From an archaeon (GTDB lineage Archaea > Asgardarchaeota > Thorarchaeia > Thorarchaeales > Thorarchaeaceae): a DNA stretch of 31,535 nucleotides. Positions 1 to 8,869 of this stretch are shown one piece after another. The stretch is from positions 1-31,535 of the forward strand of contig JAJRZD010000018.1 of assembly GCA_024275415.1 (NCBI GenBank), read 5' to 3'. A program made the translations under genes and the position numbers. Position 1 is the first letter of the stretch. Every line of letters starts with the position of its first letter. The notes under the pieces were generated by a model. That model was given only the letters and a program-made list of their open reading frames with translations, was not told the DNA's origin and did no database searches.

Positions 1-39
1 CCAATTCGTTGGGTAAAGTATGTTTTTCTAAAAGTGAAG

Positions 40-414
40 TGCAGGAGTTTCTAGACATTCCATACAATGCCTGAAAGGGGAGTAGTCGTGTGAGCCCCCG
101 GAAACAGGGGAGGAGGCACTACAGGGCATGGTCAAGTGAAAGGCAGAACGAGTCGTGACAGCTGAACCTCAAGGGGCCCGTATCAGCGGGATCATCCCCC
201 GACCCTAGGGAAGGTGGATCGGTTGCACCGGACGATACAGGACGAGAGTGAGCGGATGGGAAAGTGGTTGGACGAGTACACCGAGTACTACAACAGGGAA
301 CGCCTCGCTCGTCATCGGGATTTCAGACACTACGGGAGTTGTACGACACACCCATGAGGTATGGAACAATATGTTAAAATGAAGGTGTCCCAGATGGCAT
401 GTTAGTATCCTACA
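40..414 (+). mobile_element. Degenerate, internally deleted IS481-family (rve/DDE) insertion sequence remnant
   Basis: Plus-strand fragments read ERQNES*QLNLKGP (cf. IS481 'PNELWQxDxKGP'), HPPTLGKVDRLHRTIQDE (cf. 'HPQTxGKVERxHRT') and LDEYTEYYNRERL, then after a frameshift SSSGFQT (cf. 'YNxERPHxSLGxxTP'). Right end is ...TCCTACA (414). A weak imperfect inverted copy TGCAGGA...ACATTCCAT starts at 40, so the left boundary is uncertain. No target duplication seen. Confidence 0.7.
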
Positions 415-506
415 TCTGCTGTGATTTCTCAGGAAATAGTGCGAAGAAAAAAACATTTAGGGGACTTTCTCTTGGTCTATTCTACGGTACTATGTTGCAG
501 AATAGC

Positions 507-513
507 TTATATG
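507..513 (+). promoter_or_regulatory. Putative archaeal TATA box for the roadblock-uppS unit
   Basis: TTATATG in AT-rich intergenic DNA about 80 nt upstream of the roadblock gene; motif match only. Confidence 0.35.
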
Positions 514-595
514 CGGTAAGACTTGCTATGTCATAGTAACCTTAACAGACAAGCTTTCCAGTCATTCTACAAGTAAGAGTACCATGGTGAGGTCT

Positions 596-967
596 ATGAG
601 TCAATCACGCGGTGATACATTGGAAGGAGTGCTCAACGAGTTACAGGGGAGCATCCCAGAGATAGAGGCATGTGCGATAGTCAGTGTGGAGGGGTTACCG
701 ATTGTTTCTGCTCTCCCGAACGAGGTGGATGAGGCAAAGGTCGCAGCTATGACCGCCGCGATGCTCACCCTAGGGGAGAAGGCAGCTATCGAGTTAGGGA
801 AAGGGAACTTGGAACAAGTCCTCATCAAGGGGAATAATGGGTGGCTGATGGCCATTCAGGCAGGTCTTAATGCGTGCCTTACAGTATCCACGACCGAACA
901 GGCCAAGTTAGGTCTGGTCTTCCTTGACATGAAGCGTGCCGCTGATAAGATAGCAGAGATGATCTAG
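596..967 (+). CDS. Roadblock/LC7 domain protein (MglB-like)
   Basis: IEACAIVSVEGLPIVS, AAMTAAML, LEQVLIKGNNG and LGLVFLDMKRAADKI fit the Roadblock pattern. Start placed at ATG 596 behind GGTGAGG; the ORF track starts at 584. Confidence 0.9.
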   Translation: MSQSRGDTLEGVLNELQGSIPEIEACAIVSVEGLPIVSALPNEVDEAKVAAMTAAMLTLGEKAAIELGKGNLEQVLIKGNNGWLMAIQAGLNACLTVSTTEQAKLGLVFLDMKRAADKIAEMI

Positions 968-993
968 TCCGAGCAGCAAGATGATATCATGGG

Positions 994-1773
994 TTGTGCG
1001 GATCATTGAACATTGCAGGTCCAGTCTACAGACTGTATGAATGGTATCTACATCGCCAACTGGATGCTAACAGGAATCCTCGACACATCGGGCTTATTCT
1101 TGATGGCAACCGCAGGTATGCTCGTCTGGTGGGAGCAGAGGTTCCGTGGTATGGACACCATGCGGGAGCACACAAAGTCCTTGAGGTGTTGAGGTGGCTT
1201 TGGGAGGCGGGTGTCAAGGTATGCACCCTTTATGCATTCTCAGTGGAGAACTTCCAGCGTGCTCGGGAAGAGGTGGAGGAGATCATGAACATCCTCACCG
1301 AGAAGTTCGCGGATGTAATAAACAACCCAGATGTGAACCGTTACAAAGTACGGGTCAAGGCGATTGGACGAGTGGATCTTCTCCCAGAAAACCTCCAGCT
1401 AGCGATACGTGCAGCAGAGGATCAGACTGAGGACTATCAAGACTACCTTCTCAATATTGCTGTTGGATACTCAGGGCGGAGCGAGCTCGTGGACGCGGTG
1501 AAAGCGATTGGTCGCAAGATCCAGGAGGGCGTCCTTGCTCCCGATGACGTAGATGAGGACGTGATTGAGGATCATCTCTATACGAAGGACATTCCCGACC
1601 CGGACCTGATAATTCGGACATCAGGTGAAGAACGGCTATCGGGGTTCTTGCTCTGGCAGTCCGCTTATTCAGAGCTTTACTTCGAGCAGGTATACTGGCC
1701 TGCGGTACGCCGCATCGACATCTGGCGTGCGTTACGATCTTACCAACGGCGATCCCGACGATTTGGCAAGTAG
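994..1773 (+). CDS. uppS: cis-prenyltransferase (archaeal undecaprenyl/polyprenyl diphosphate synthase)
   Basis: Motifs HIGLILDGNRRYAR, GHHAG, TLYAFSVENFQR, PDPDLIIRTSGEERLSGFLLWQSAYSELYF and C-terminal RRFG. Exact start uncertain (TTG). Confidence 0.96.
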   Translation: MCGSLNIAGPVYRLYEWYLHRQLDANRNPRHIGLILDGNRRYARLVGAEVPWYGHHAGAHKVLEVLRWLWEAGVKVCTLYAFSVENFQRAREEVEEIMNILTEKFADVINNPDVNRYKVRVKAIGRVDLLPENLQLAIRAAEDQTEDYQDYLLNIAVGYSGRSELVDAVKAIGRKIQEGVLAPDDVDEDVIEDHLYTKDIPDPDLIIRTSGEERLSGFLLWQSAYSELYFEQVYWPAVRRIDIWRALRSYQRRSRRFGK

Positions 1774-1859
1774 GCTCAAGCAGTCCGTACGTGATACATG
1801 ATTATATAGTCCTATTCTCCAAGCGATACTTGAACCAGACTCGAGTATATAGGTCATGA

Positions 1860-3074
1860 ATGCGTCGAGGTCAAAACACCATGCCGAGAACGCCTGTTGA
1901 TGTCTACAGAGGTCTTATCCAAACGCGGTTGGGTGATGAAATCAAGAATAGCATCAGTAGGTTCGTGGCTCCTTTTTCCGTGATTCGTTTCATAGACGAG
2001 CCCCTGTCTGCCCATCTTTCCCGATTCATCAGTCTCATCAGCAGGCTAACAGCGTATCTGGATGCAAGGTATGTTGCAGGACGTGATGACCTTACCATCG
2101 CCATCGATGTCCTAGACCAGTTCACATCCACCTCCAAATGGTGGATTCTAGACAGACGAAGCCCTGGACTCGTGTTGCGTCCTCGTGTTCGAAACCCAAG
2201 GGAGTTCTTGCAAGAAACACGAATGGTCACACTGGGAGGTGCTACGCAATCAAGGATTGTGAATGCAGTAGAGAAGCTTCTGGCATTCTTGGTAGAACAG
2301 AAGATTGGTGACTCCTCAGTTCAACGGTTGTTATCAAAGTCCCTTGAATCTTCTTGGTATCTGTTATCCGCCCTTATCTGCAGGAATGAAGGACGGACTT
2401 CTACGGGTGAACATGATTTCGAGAGGGCATATGATACCATCCGCATCCTCCTCTTCTACACGACACTTGATGATCTTCGAGCACTGGTCGCTAGCAGAGA
2501 GATTGCCACGAGTCCGACAATTATCAAGGCAGCCAGCGTGTCGTTAGCCCCAGGATTCGAGAGGAACATAACCCACTCTGTCGCGGCCTATCTTGAAACA
2601 CAGCATGAGGAATATCTAGCAAAAGTTTCCCCTTCCAAACCCAGCGCCTCTCGGAATGTCCTTACGAATGCCCTTCGCTTTTTGACACAGCTGCAAGGTG
2701 TCGAACGTGAAAAAGATCGTGTCGAAGAAGACGAATATGAGGAGTTCATTCTAGGTTCGATACAGCAACTAGAACAGATTGGCATATCCGCGGACAATCT
2801 AAGTGATGAGGGTTCCGTCACCGAACTGTTCAAGAAACTGCGCCCAGCTGATGGGCTTAACGAACGGATTGACCTTTTGGTCAGACGGATCGAGAGAATC
2901 ATGATAGACGCTTCCGGCAACCGCGACTTCCTATTACAGAACTCTCGTTTCACAGCGCGTCTGCTGTCACTCCTCCTACTTGTGGCTGCTGGGACAAAGA
3001 CGGACTCTGGCAATCTTTCTGATTCCGACATCAAGAGAGGTCTTATTCTGGTTCACAATCTTCTCAGTGACTAG
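1860..3074 (+). CDS. Hypothetical all-helical protein with about four AAA+-lid-like repeats
   Basis: 404-aa ORF filling the gap; no P-loop. Repeated pattern: L..LTAYLDARYVAGRDDLTIAIDVL, LICRNEGRTSTGEHDFERAYDTI, and similar segments. Alternative start ATG 1881. Confidence 0.7.
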   Translation: MRRGQNTMPRTPVDVYRGLIQTRLGDEIKNSISRFVAPFSVIRFIDEPLSAHLSRFISLISRLTAYLDARYVAGRDDLTIAIDVLDQFTSTSKWWILDRRSPGLVLRPRVRNPREFLQETRMVTLGGATQSRIVNAVEKLLAFLVEQKIGDSSVQRLLSKSLESSWYLLSALICRNEGRTSTGEHDFERAYDTIRILLFYTTLDDLRALVASREIATSPTIIKAASVSLAPGFERNITHSVAAYLETQHEEYLAKVSPSKPSASRNVLTNALRFLTQLQGVEREKDRVEEDEYEEFILGSIQQLEQIGISADNLSDEGSVTELFKKLRPADGLNERIDLLVRRIERIMIDASGNRDFLLQNSRFTARLLSLLLLVAAGTKTDSGNLSDSDIKRGLILVHNLLSD

Positions 3075-3810
3075 ATGAGGATTTCGCATTGGGGTTGTCA
3101 ATGAGAATCCTCGCGTCCACCACAAGGACACCCTTTCCGCGTTCATACACAAATGTTGGATTGCAATCAATCTCATTGATCTCAGGGTTCTCATCGACCA
3201 TCTTTGATACTGCAAGGATGACCTTGACTAATGCATCGACATCTCTGGGATCCTCGCCTCTCACTCCATCAAGGATTTTGGCTGCCTTGATCTCACGCAC
3301 CATCTCTCTTGCATCGACCTCTTCCAAGGGAATCAGGCGGAACGTGACATCCTTCAACACTTCGACAAAGATACCGCCCAATCCGAACATAATAGCGTGT
3401 CCAAACTGAGGGTCTTTGGTGACTCCGATGATGACTTCTGTACCCATCTCCGCAAATTGGGTGATGAACACGCCACGACTGAGGTCGACCTCGATTCCCT
3501 TCTCTTCGCCGTATCTTTTCGCATTCGCCATGATCTCCTCAAATGCATCCCTGACTTCATCGTCATTCTTCAGGTTGAGCTTGACCCCGCCCGCATCTGT
3601 CTTATGCAAGATGTCCTTCGACAGGATTTTCAGGACCACCGGGTAACCAATCTCAGATGCCTTCGTGACGGCATCATCTGCAGTGGTCGCAGTCCCATAG
3701 GCTGGAATAGGCATCCCATACTCTTTCATAATGTCCTTGGCTTCGTGTTCAAGGACAAAGGTTCTGCCTTCAGACAATGCAGTTTCAAATATCTTCTTTG
3801 CCAGTTTCAT
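3064..3810 (-). CDS. acdB: ADP-forming acetyl/acyl-CoA synthetase beta subunit (ATP-grasp)
   Basis: VLEHEAK, IGYPVVLKILSKDILHKTDAGGVKL, EVIIG...DPQFGHAIMFGLGGIFVEVLKDV and EIDCNP...VDARI. Start moved to ATG 3810 behind a GAGGT RBS; the ORF track starts at 3828. Confidence 0.93.
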   Translation of the reverse strand: MKLAKKIFETALSEGRTFVLEHEAKDIMKEYGMPIPAYGTATTADDAVTKASEIGYPVVLKILSKDILHKTDAGGVKLNLKNDDEVRDAFEEIMANAKRYGEEKGIEVDLSRGVFITQFAEMGTEVIIGVTKDPQFGHAIMFGLGGIFVEVLKDVTFRLIPLEEVDAREMVREIKAAKILDGVRGEDPRDVDALVKVILAVSKMVDENPEINEIDCNPTFVYERGKGVLVVDARILIDNPNAKSSSSH

Positions 3811-3855
3811 GAATTTCAGACCTCTCAAGCCTGTTTGATGACCTACCTCTCTTAT

Positions 3856-5301
3856 TTATGATTTGTCAGCGCCGAATGTCTTTTTGAAGTCTTTGCCGTA
3901 TTTCACTTCTCCATATTGGGCGAGTGCTTTTGCAGCTAATGCCCCTTTCTCTCCTGTTGCATAGGTGGGCACTCCCATCAACTCCATGATTTCCCCTGCC
4001 TTGCTCGTGAAACTACCTCCCATCGATATTACCACGAATGGTTTCCCTGACTGCCGACTGTAATTTGCCAACCTATTAGTAATCTCCATACCGAGTGATG
4101 GTGTTTGCAATAACATTCCTACAATGAATATGTCGAACTCATCGCTTGCAATAGCCTCCTCGAAGACTACATCGTAACGTTCCGAACCTGCATCCCCCAC
4201 GACATCTATGGGATTCTTGACAGCGCAGTACGAAGGAAGGCGTTCATCGAAGCGTGCTTCAAGTTCTGGCGAGGGATGAGGCTGTGAGAGCCCAAGCGCC
4301 TCGATAGCGTCAGTCGTCATGACTCCGAGACCTCCACCATTGGTCACCATCAGAACCCTGTCACCTTTTGCGGGCGGCTGCATGGCAAGCGCCTTTGCCA
4401 TATCGAACATCTCCTCGAAGTTCCCTGCTCTGATAATCCATGCCTGTTTGTATGCTGCATCAGCGATATTGTCTGAGCCTGCAAGGGAGCCCGTGTGGGA
4501 CATCGAAGCCTCCTTGGCCCTAGCACCCCTTCCTGACTTTACGACAAGTATAGGTTTCTCTTTGGATATCCGTTTGGCTGTGTCGAAGAACGACCTCCCC
4601 TTGTCCTTGTCATACCCCTCGGTGTAGTAACAGATGACCTGTGTAGTGTCGTCTTGTCCGAGATAGCAAAGCAGGTCGTCATCATCAACATCAGCTTTGT
4701 TTCCTAGTGATATTATCTTGGAGATACCCAACCCCATCTCTGAAGTCCAGTCCGAGATTGCTGCCGCGAATGCGCCCGATTGTGAAACAAGGGAGATGTT
4801 TGCTACATTGCTCGGTCGGGGCCTCCCGCATCGGTACTCTGGCAGAAAGAAAGTATCAATATGCGATAGTGTATCAATCACGCCTACACAATTCGGACCA
4901 ATGATTCTTATCCCATGCTTACGTCCAATCCTTACAATTTCGTCTTCGAGTTCGGCACCGCGCGGGCCGGTTTCAGAGAAGCCACCGGATACGACTATCG
5001 CAGCTTTTGATCCCTTTGCAGCGATATCCTCGAAGATGCGTGGGGTAATACGTGCAGGAACCGCCACAACTACCATATCAACAGGGTCTGGGATAGCCCC
5101 AAGGGTCGGATAGCAAGGTACTCCAAGGACATTCGAATATTTGGGGTTCACCGCATAGATTTTCCCCTCATATTGGGGTTTCAAGAAGTTCTGGACAATC
5201 GCCTGTCCTACGCTATTGGGGCTTGGTGATGCCCCATAGATGGCAACGCTCTTCGCATGGAAAAAGACATCGATATCTTCTAGGTTAGCACAAGATGCCA
5301 A
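3856..5301 (-). CDS. acdA: ADP-forming acetyl/acyl-CoA synthetase alpha subunit
   Basis: CoA-binding domain (SVAIYGAS, VNPK, GFSE, RIIGPNCVG), SQSGA, LGNKADV and the phospho-His motif SHTGSLAG. The first ~170 aa of the 651-aa ORF overlap the radical SAM gene and are not homologous. TTG 5301 (or GTG 5304) follows GAGGTGA. Confidence 0.93.
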   Translation of the reverse strand: MASCANLEDIDVFFHAKSVAIYGASPSPNSVGQAIVQNFLKPQYEGKIYAVNPKYSNVLGVPCYPTLGAIPDPVDMVVVAVPARITPRIFEDIAAKGSKAAIVVSGGFSETGPRGAELEDEIVRIGRKHGIRIIGPNCVGVIDTLSHIDTFFLPEYRCGRPRPSNVANISLVSQSGAFAAAISDWTSEMGLGISKIISLGNKADVDDDDLLCYLGQDDTTQVICYYTEGYDKDKGRSFFDTAKRISKEKPILVVKSGRGARAKEASMSHTGSLAGSDNIADAAYKQAWIIRAGNFEEMFDMAKALAMQPPAKGDRVLMVTNGGGLGVMTTDAIEALGLSQPHPSPELEARFDERLPSYCAVKNPIDVVGDAGSERYDVVFEEAIASDEFDIFIVGMLLQTPSLGMEITNRLANYSRQSGKPFVVISMGGSFTSKAGEIMELMGVPTYATGEKGALAAKALAQYGEVKYGKDFKKTFGADKS

Positions 5302-5430
5302 CACACTCACCTCTTTGGTTGACGAGCCTGTGTTCGAAATCGGGCATTTGCTGTACTTGTAGCTTGCCATATGGTATCTTGTCGGATGCCGAAACACAAC
5401 ATTCAAACCAGCATCCGTTGAGGCTCTTGT

Positions 5431-6453
5431 GTGACATTCGCTATCCTTGAAGACGGCCCGGACGTTCTCAACAGTGTGCCTGATGAATATGAGATGTGGC
5501 TGTCGAAGGCATTCCAGATACGACGTACTTATTTCCAAGATACCCTGTACTGCTACAGCCCAACAGGATATCCCTATAGAATCCCTGCCCACGGACATAC
5601 GAATCCCCATAATTTCGCATCGTTGAGCGTGACAGGCACATCCTGCTCGTTGCACTGTGACCACTGCGATGCCAAGCTCCTGAAGGGGATGGAATCCACC
5701 ATAACCCCTGAGCAGCTGTTCCATGCCTGTCAGAAAGTCAAGGAACGTGGAGGAGAAGGTGTTCTGATCAGTGGAGGATCTGACACACAGGGACATGTCC
5801 CTCTTGACCAATTCATTGATGCCATCAAGGCCGCGAAAGAAAAATTAGGTCTCAAAGTTGTCGTCCACACAGGTATTGTGTCGGAGGAAACAGCCATTGC
5901 TCTGGGTGAGTCAGGGATTGACGCAGCAATGCTGGATATCATCGGGGACGATGTCCTAGCACAACAGGTCTATCATCTGGAGGAGGGATCTGCACGGATG
6001 GCAAAGTCCCTTGATGTCCTGAAAGAGCAAGGCATACCAATTGCTCCTCATGTGCTTGTAGGGCTGAACTATGGCACACTCACTGGTGAGCTGGAAGCAT
6101 TGGACATGATTGCCTCAAGGAACCCCGATGCAGTGGTCATCATTGCATTGAATCCCCTTCCCAAGACACCTATGGCAAATGTGTCACCCCCGACTCCCGA
6201 GATGATTGGGCGGATCATGACCATAACGAGGCTCGGTCTGCCCCGTACCCCATTACTTCTAGGGTGTGCACGCCCTATCGGAGATCACAAGGTTCAGACC
6301 GATCTACATGCGGTCAAGTCAGGGATGAATGGGATTGCCTACATCAGTCAGGAAGGAGTAGATGCCGCCCAAGAATTAGGGCTTTCACCAGTCTTCAAGG
6401 ACATCTGCTGTAGTCTGGCTCCTATCGACTTGTCTTCTGAGTCATCTCCATGA
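5431..6453 (+). CDS. lipS1: Radical SAM protein, archaeal lipoyl synthase subunit LipS1-like (biotin synthase-related)
   Basis: CxxxCxxC (CSLHCDHC) preceded by SLSVTG; GVLISGG; C-terminal GCARP and DICCS match the GC(M/A)R and CC auxiliary-cluster motifs described for Thermococcus LipS1. Confidence 0.75.
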   Translation: MTFAILEDGPDVLNSVPDEYEMWLSKAFQIRRTYFQDTLYCYSPTGYPYRIPAHGHTNPHNFASLSVTGTSCSLHCDHCDAKLLKGMESTITPEQLFHACQKVKERGGEGVLISGGSDTQGHVPLDQFIDAIKAAKEKLGLKVVVHTGIVSEETAIALGESGIDAAMLDIIGDDVLAQQVYHLEEGSARMAKSLDVLKEQGIPIAPHVLVGLNYGTLTGELEALDMIASRNPDAVVIIALNPLPKTPMANVSPPTPEMIGRIMTITRLGLPRTPLLLGCARPIGDHKVQTDLHAVKSGMNGIAYISQEGVDAAQELGLSPVFKDICCSLAPIDLSSESSP

Positions 6454-6691
6454 AACAGACTGCCGAGGTGTCTGCGATGGATCAACAGGGAATGTCCTCT
6501 AATTTGGCCCACGTTGCGTTTCTGTTCAACAACGGGGACTATGGTGTGGCAGAGGAACTCTCATAGGGATGCAGCAACGTTTCAAGGCTGGAGTCCAAGA
6601 AGTGCATGGTACGTCTGAGGGGCATTACGAAGAACCACGTGATATTGGATCGGCTGATACGTATGTACTTTGTGAATTTCGTGTGATAGTG

Positions 6692-7249
6692 TCAGTCCTC
6701 TTCTGTTGTTCGAACTTGTTTCATGAGAACATCAGCTATTTCGTATCCCAAATCGAACATCCACAGTCCAATCGCTGCAGGTAGGAACCCACTCCAAGGT
6801 ATTGCCAATAGCACTGCTGTGACCTTGAGGGTGAAGCGGTGTTCGAAGAACAAGTATGTGAACGGGTTCACACCCTTATCAATCCAATTCGTTCCTTTTT
6901 CATCAAGCACTGCTGCCATGAAGAGTATGATGAGAAGTGAAGCTCGCTCTAATGGTTCTGTCACCTGTGGCATGTCGACAAGAAGCAAAGCCACTCCTAT
7001 CATCACGAACCCGATGATGAACTCCTTCCTGTTCACTTTTCCGGATAAGATGACCCCAATGACAATTGAACCAAGGAGTACTAAATCCCATTCGCTTGTG
7101 GACATAAGTGTCCCAAACAGGAACCCCGACAATGCAAGAGGGCCCCATGCCAGAGAGGGTGCCTCCATCTCATCGAGGAGATCATCCCCGACCTTGAGCG
7201 AAAGTCCTGCGGCGAGATATGCTCCAAGGTATATTGTCCAATCTATCAT
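6692..7249 (-). CDS. Hypothetical multi-pass membrane protein
   Basis: About 185 aa with roughly six hydrophobic segments and a KVGDDLLDE loop. ATG 7249 chosen; TTTAAA near 7284-7289 could be its promoter. Confidence 0.75.
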   Translation of the reverse strand: MIDWTIYLGAYLAAGLSLKVGDDLLDEMEAPSLAWGPLALSGFLFGTLMSTSEWDLVLLGSIVIGVILSGKVNRKEFIIGFVMIGVALLLVDMPQVTEPLERASLLIILFMAAVLDEKGTNWIDKGVNPFTYLFFEHRFTLKVTAVLLAIPWSGFLPAAIGLWMFDLGYEIADVLMKQVRTTEED

Positions 7250-7437
7250 ACAGACCACTCAGCAGCCTACGCATTCACCGACTTTAAACTGGCGATAAGA
7301 GTCTCGACCTATCGCCATTATGAAGGTACCTTCTCAGCCTAACCATGATTCAGCATACGAGGAACTCCTCTCTCAGTTAGCCAAATATCATCATCGAAGG
7401 TTACCAAGTATGGATTACTGTTCGCCCTTTCATAAAG

Positions 7438-7653
7438 TTATATGATTAGCAATGATGCCTCAACAAGTGTGATAATTGGTTTGGTTGTTAGATGGGGTCG
7501 CATCACATCGGCGTCTTCGAGATGTAACTCTAGGGGTTCCTTGAGGTTTGCAAAAGATTCCTCTATCGTTTTTCCATGACTTGCCACATCCACATCAGGA
7601 GCAAGAGCCACGTATAAACTTCCTTCTCGAATCACAACCGCTGTGAATAGCAT
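7438..7653 (-). CDS. hicB: HicB-like (UPF0150) antitoxin-family protein
   Basis: FTAVVIREGSLYVALAPDVDVASHGKTIEESFANLKEPLELHLED matches the HicB-like consensus 'YVAxxPxLxxxSQGxTxEEAxxNLKEAxELYLE'. Start ATG 7653. Confidence 0.8.
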   Translation of the reverse strand: MLFTAVVIREGSLYVALAPDVDVASHGKTIEESFANLKEPLELHLEDADVMRPHLTTKPIITLVEASLLII

Positions 7654-7808
7654 CCATATCAACACCAGTGTCACCACGATTCATATTAGCCTTTGTCACT
7701 TACAACAAGGATAATCTAGCATTACTGAGGAATCTGAGAATCATGACAGTCCCATATTCCAGACTCGAATCAGCACGACTCGTTATCGCTACCGTTGATT
7801 GAAAGTTG

Positions 7809-7823
7809 GACAAACCTGGACAT
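7809..7823. repeat. Terminal inverted repeat, tnpB-proximal end (GACAAACCTGGACAT)
   Basis: Exact reverse complement of 8870-8884; shares base 7823 with the tnpB stop codon. Confidence 0.9.
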
Positions 7824-8854
7824 CAGGCAGTCCGTCCAGCAACGGCACTGGACTTGGTGTCTTGCACGTGGATGATGTTCCGTGCCGCGTTCACGTCGGC
7901 ATGGGAGTGCTCGTCACACTGGGGACAGTAGAAGTACTCCCCTCCTTTCCGCTCCGTAGTGGAGGTCATGCCCTCCACCCTGACACCACGTTCTCCGCAG
8001 ACATGACAGGTCTGGGAGGTGTATCGTGGACTCACCGTCCACACACTGTACTTTGAGTGACCCAGGGACTCCCTCATGTACCGCACGGTGTCGATGACCT
8101 TCCCCCACAGGTTGGAACTCAGGTCGTAGGACAGGTCACCTGACCCTGCGTGCCCCTGGAAGCTCCTCAGGTCCTCGAAGTAGACGGTCTTCACATGATG
8201 CGCCTCACAGAACCACACCACCTTCGAAGCAACGACCCTGGCCACTTCCCGGTCAAGACGACGTACCTTCCTCCACAGGGCGGCAATGTGACGTCCCTTC
8301 TTGAGGACGTGCCCTGGGTATGACTGTCCTGGCCGTTTGCGATCCCAGTTGTCCTTCTTCCTGGTGACCTCTGAGGTGAGGCGGTATGCCTGTTTCCTGA
8401 GAACCGTCCGTTTCCGTACCAGGTGACCGGTGTCCACCATGAGCTCGTGGTACTGGTCACCCTCCTCCACGGAGACCACCACGGGAAACCTGAGTCCCCT
8501 GTCCACCCCGGCCCTGGTGGTGTACGCACGTCCCCCAAAGGCCTTCTCCAGAAGCTCCTCGTCAGGGGCAAGGAACGGTACCTGTAGGGTGACCCTACTC
8601 CCTCTCAGGAGAATACGCGGTGGGGCACTCCGCCTGGCGTCCTTCAACTCCGAGGCCTCTGCCTGAAGCTGGATGATCTCCTCTGGGTCGGTGTTCTTCC
8701 TCTGTTTGAAACGTGCGAGCCTGTCACGGTGGGTGACGATGATGGTGTGGATGGCCCCCTGAGTTTCCCAGACCGGTCCCATCGGTGGATGGTCTTGACA
8801 CACACCCCGAGCATGAGGGCTGTCTGTAATACTGAGGACATACACGGTTCTCAA
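7823..8854 (-). pseudogene. tnpB: N-terminally truncated TnpB (RNA-guided RuvC nuclease family) fused in frame to a TnpA fragment
   Basis: RuvC-I RAGVDRG, RuvC-II VYFEDL, zinc finger TSQTCHVC...CPQC and RuvC-III HADVNAARNI. The TnpB-like part spans about 8707-7823; residues 33-49 (GAIHTIIVTHRDRLARF) are TnpA-derived. Confidence 0.88.
8708..8841 (-). pseudogene. tnpA: IS607 TnpA (serine recombinase) fragments
   Basis: ATG 8841 gives TALMLGVCVKTIHRWDRSGKL (MerR-like HTH typical of IS607 TnpA). In another frame IIVTHRDRLARF follows. The catalytic YARVS motif is absent. Confidence 0.8.
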
Positions 8855-8869
8855 GGCAGTATATAATGA

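Noticed and set aside
1860-3074. Interpretation as a true multi-histone protein
   Set aside because: Spacing between the putative L1 and L2 motifs is about 55 aa, versus about 33 in histones. An AAA+-lid-like fold fits better, although the two folds are related.
5302-5811. N-terminal 170-aa extension of the 651-aa acdA ORF
   Set aside because: It overlaps the radical SAM gene on the opposite strand, has no ACD similarity, and a good RBS sits at about 5307-5313.
6450-6566. 38-codon ORF (MKQTAEVS...) overlapping the lipS1 stop by ATGA
   Set aside because: No recognisable motif or RBS; cannot be distinguished from chance.
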